Below the pieces are notes generated by a model. It searched no databases. It worked only from the letters and a program-made list of their open reading frames with translations, and was not told the origin of the DNA. The position numbers were made by a program, and so were the translations under genes. DNA of 64,000 nt from the sequence record NC_010583.1; one strand, written 5' to 3'. Below are positions 60,757-64,000 of this stretch, in pieces. The DNA comes from Escherichia phage Eps7. The stretch's first letter is position 1; each line of letters opens with the position of its first letter.

Positions 60757-60860
60757 ATATCCTCCTTTAGGTTAGGCGTTGAACTGTTACACGTAGTCTT
60801 GGCAAGAAAACAGCTGCCGCTTCTGCAGCGTGAATGATAACACCCAACTCAACGTTGCCA

Positions 60861-62548
60861 TTACCAAGGTTTTTTATTATAAATATATCCATTTCTACGA
60901 AAAGCCATCTCATCAGGTCTACTAGCCCACGTTTGGGTATAGCTATATGAAGTTGTACTGTGATATGGTACTAGATAGCCAGGTGGCAGAGTAAGAATCT
61001 GATGAAATACACCATCACCAGCTGTATAACTTTGTTGACGTCTACCTTGTACCTGCCAAGCACTACCACCGTAAGTACGTACAGGCATACCAGCAGTATT
61101 AAGATTACCCATAATAACTTCAGTAGTTAATATAACAGTAGAGTGAGCATTTGGTAATCCCAACCAAACTGTAGCCAAAGGTGTGTAGAAGTCACCAGCA
61201 CCAGGGTAGGATGGAGTTATATCATCCCCAACATAAGTACTCGCAACGTTGCCTGGGAATAATCTAAGTGGTACGGTACTAGGACTCCATACAGGGCCAT
61301 GCTCATTACCTATAGAGTTGGTATTAGTATCTACATACCACTGTTTACCAACACCAAATTTATAAAGGCTAATTTGAGAAGCAGCACCCCCATAGTTAAC
61401 AGGAGACCACAAACCCCCATTACTAGAGCCGATAAATTCACATCGTGCAGTATTATCACCAAAAACTCCGGTATACGCGGTATTATTACCAACATACTCC
61501 ATATCAGGGCGATAACCTAAGTTTCCAAAAGCATTCTGGTTAATAAATTTATAGCCTGAGTTGGGTAAGCTAACACCTTTAATAGTAAAGTTAGATGGAG
61601 ATATCAGGATATCTGAACCAGTAAATGGATTACCAGAAATCCCCATACTACCATTAGAATAGCGTAGATTTAGCACATACCAAATAACTTTAGTAGGTGT
61701 AACATTATACCAGTCTTGCACATATACCTTTCTAGCTGACTGAGCAGCCATATTAGAAGTAGAACCTCTACAAACATATATTTTTTCTGGGTATGCAGGA
61801 GATTGGTAAAGAACGTTTACGTTATCTGGTAGTACTACCTTTTTTTACCGGCAAAGCCACGAATATTGGAACTACAAACGTAAAACCAATCATGACCTCT
61901 ACCAGCAGACCCGATAGGCGCTTGCCAGTTAGGCTCCCAATAGTCTGCATTACCACCATCTATAGGAACTGTAGATACACCCGTTGGAAAGCCCATTAAT
62001 CCCCAGGCTCTAGAAATAGCTTCACCAGCAGAAACACCACCAGGTCTAAAGATCTGGAAACCGGAAGATTGTAGCAAAGTACCGCCAGTTCCTTGTCTAG
62101 CAATAGATTCCTCATGACCTAGGCTACCATTATAAATATAGGTACCATGAGCTAAACTATCACCGATTGCAAAGGCAGATGTTATTGCCAATTCAGCACC
62201 AGCACGTGGTTGGTCTTCAAAGAATGTTAAAAACTGGCCAACCTGAGATTGTGTACCATTAAGGAAACCCCTATGAGTACCGTTTATCTCAATAGCAGTT
62301 AATATAACTCTACCAGGATCATTGGATTTAATGTTTATAATATCCCAAGGCATCTGAGTAACAAAATACCCATTACCTGCATCACCTAGAGCAGCCTCGT
62401 AAGTCCCATCAACTAGGACAAATGGCATATCTGAGTGGAAGATACTATTAGTATTTGGAGAGTAGTGCTGATTTATATCACCACCATTAGCAGCGTTTAG
62501 AGATAATACAGTTTTACCATCACTAAATTTTCCTGCGAAAAAACTCAT
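60861..62548 (-). CDS. receptor-binding tail protein (functional analogue of T5 pb5/Oad), frameshifted
   Basis: 237-aa and 296-aa ORFs join (~560 aa) if the T7 run (61840-61846) is read as T8; divergent from an Llp-like lipoprotein gene. Confidence 0.6.
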
Positions 62549-62573
62549 ACAATCTCCTTCTTTAAAAATGTAT

Positions 62574-62602
62574 TTGCTTAGATCCCTCTATTTTGCTATA
62601 AT
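62574..62602 (+). promoter_or_regulatory. T5-type early promoter TTGCTT-17-TATAAT with downstream ATTTATAAATTAAACAGAGGAACG box
   Basis: sequence match to the promoter family. Confidence 0.65.
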
Positions 62603-62631
62603 ATATTTATAAATTAAACAGAGGAACGATT

Positions 62632-62901
62632 ATGAAAAAGTTACTAGCCATCGTAGTTGCAGCAGCAGTAGTGTTGACGGGTTGTGTACCAGCTCCCGAG
62701 CCATTCTGTAAGGCATACGTGAAGTCTTATGGTCATGTTGGTGAAGAACACTATGCTTTAGATATTCGAGAAGCACGTACTGTGGGCTACCGATTCCCTA
62801 AAACTCAGTTACGCACTAAGTTTGGGTGGTGGGATTTGTCACAGTTTGCTCTCAAATATGGCGATTGCAAATTTAAACTAGAACAATCTGGTCACTTGTA
62901 A
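62632..62901 (+). CDS. llp: Llp-like lipoprotein (putative receptor-blocking superinfection-exclusion protein)
   Basis: signal peptide MKKLLAIVVAAAVVLTGC with LTGC lipobox; 89 aa; divergent from the receptor-binding protein gene. Confidence 0.75.
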   Translation: MKKLLAIVVAAAVVLTGCVPAPEPFCKAYVKSYGHVGEEHYALDIREARTVGYRFPKTQLRTKFGWWDLSQFALKYGDCKFKLEQSGHL

Positions 62902-62975
62902 TTAGTATAAAGTAAAAAGATCTCGAAGTAAACAAAAATTTTTATTTCTGGGATGAGGTACAGGTAGCAAACACA

Positions 62976-63290
62976 ATGCAAGATGAAGAAAAGTCCTTTC
63001 AGGAACCTGTTAACTTTGAAATAGATCCCAGGACTAAAGCAATACATGATGCAATTAACGAAATCATTCAAGACGTCATAGAAGATACAATAGAAGACGT
63101 GATGAGAACATCCTTCTTACTAGAAGAGTCCGGCTTCGACGAAGTAATGGATCTAATCGGGACAGTCGTAATGGTTCGTGCAATTGCTAGGATATTCCAA
63201 ATACCGGGCTTACAGGAGAAGCAAAGAGATGTCAGACGACAACAGAAGAAAGAACAGACGCGGGGAAGTGTACGAAAGTTGGATAAATAG
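62976..63290 (+). CDS. hypothetical acidic protein (104 aa)
   Basis: ORF with weak RBS. Confidence 0.35.
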   Translation: MQDEEKSFQEPVNFEIDPRTKAIHDAINEIIQDVIEDTIEDVMRTSFLLEESGFDEVMDLIGTVVMVRAIARIFQIPGLQEKQRDVRRQQKKEQTRGSVRKLDK

Positions 63291-63363
63291 TTTCGGATTC
63301 GGAACTGTATTATTCTTTATCTTTGTACTCTTTTGGTTAGCAGCTATGGCGGGGTGGTTATAA
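63239..63363 (+). CDS. small membrane protein (41 aa)
   Basis: AGGAGA RBS; basic N-terminus plus C-terminal TM segment. Confidence 0.3.
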
Positions 63364-63467
63364 TGGAAGTAGTGATTATTGCTTTACTAGTTGTGGTAAT
63401 TATCGGACAGTGCATTCTAGATAACCACTTAGCTCGTATAGAATGTAAGCTGCGGGGAGATAAATAA
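63363..63467 (+). CDS. small membrane protein (34 aa)
   Basis: TAATG coupling; TM segment VVIIALLVVVIIG. Confidence 0.3.
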   Translation: MEVVIIALLVVVIIGQCILDNHLARIECKLRGDK

Positions 63468-63661
63468 TGGATTGGCTAGGACTTATTACACTTGTAGTAT
63501 GGCTTGTCTGGATTGTTGGATATATGACGTCACATCGTAATCGTATACAGCGGCTAGAGGATAAAGTCACCCAACTGAACATTAATATGGATAAGTTACT
63601 GGACTCCCAACGTAATGATCGGGCACGTATTCACCAACTTGAGAGGGAATTAGATGTTTAG
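63467..63661 (+). CDS. small membrane protein with N-terminal TM and coiled coil (64 aa)
   Basis: GGGGAGATAAATA-ATG RBS; LITLVVWLVWIVGY. Confidence 0.45.
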   Translation: MDWLGLITLVVWLVWIVGYMTSHRNRIQRLEDKVTQLNINMDKLLDSQRNDRARIHQLERELDV

Positions 63662-63881
63662 TTTTGTAGCTATCTTCATTATCGGGGTGCTTGCGGGAAT
63701 CTTCGGAACACTCGGGGCGATTAATAAGCATCGTGAATATATTGCGGGAGTATCGCGGGAGCTTTCGGAAAGGGAGCGGAAGTTTGCGGAGAAACGTGCG
63801 GAGTTTGAGCGAGAGTGGTCGGAGGGATCTCGGGCGTCGCGGCGGAGATTTCGGGCTGATTCCGTGAGTTCCCCTAAATAG
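63654..63881 (+). CDS. small membrane protein with N-terminal TM and charged C-terminus (75 aa)
   Basis: overlaps the preceding stop; FVAIFIIGVLAGIFGTLGA. Confidence 0.45.
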   Translation: MFSFVAIFIIGVLAGIFGTLGAINKHREYIAGVSRELSERERKFAEKRAEFEREWSEGSRASRRRFRADSVSSPK

Positions 63882-64000
63882 CGCTAATTTGACTTTTGCC
63901 AAATCTCATAAGATTACACATGAAGGTGTGCCCAGAGGTTCCCTAGATGAGAATGAGTCTCATTACCGCCCCGGTACTTAGCAAGCTAATAGTCACGGCA

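Noticed and set aside
4152-62548. Programmed ribosomal frameshifting as the explanation for the split genes
   Set aside because: The breaks are of both signs, sit in plain homopolymers without slippery-site or pseudoknot context, and hit enzymes that are never frameshift-regulated; sequencing error is the simpler explanation.
1-64000. CRISPR array or other long direct-repeat array
   Set aside because: No regularly spaced repeats of 24-40 bp were seen; the only tandem repeats are the 21-bp units inside the tail fibre gene and the GCATTTT heptamers.

Overview
This window reads as a contiguous segment of a T5-like siphovirus (Tequintavirus-type) genome, identified from protein motifs in the ORF translations and from promoter and terminator sequence read by eye; no database search was run. 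There are four blocks. (1) 1-9429, minus strand: early nucleotide-metabolism genes (RNase H, HslV-like peptidase, thymidylate synthase, DHFR, NrdB, an HNH endonuclease, NrdA, a PhoH-like fragment). (2) 9816-36600, plus strand: early replication genes (NrdD, Sir2-like protein, HAD-like phosphatase, SF2 helicases, split NAD-dependent ligase, DnaB-like helicase, primase, 855-aa family-A DNA polymerase, SbcD/SbcC-like nuclease, D14-like nuclease, D15 flap endonuclease, dUTPase), driven by T5-type strong promoters (TTGCTT-17-TATAAT plus a conserved downstream ATTTATAAATTGAGAGAGG box; one is essentially the classic PN25 sequence). (3) 36883-62548, minus strand: late structural genes (L-shaped tail fibre, collar, pb4, baseplate hub, distal tail protein, tape measure, chaperones, tail tube, neck, major capsid, prohead protease, decoration protein, portal, HNH, terminase large and small subunits, receptor-binding protein). 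(4) 62632-63881, plus strand: a divergent Llp-like lipoprotein and a chain of small membrane proteins. At least eleven genes are interrupted by single-base frameshifts, most of them at homopolymer runs, which looks more like sequencing error than biology. The most interesting candidates for follow-up are the phage Sir2-like protein, the orphan HslV-like peptidase, the non-pb5-type receptor-binding protein with its cognate lipoprotein, the ~600-bp non-coding island at 14917-15533, and the small membrane-protein cluster. No tRNA, rRNA or CRISPR array was seen.
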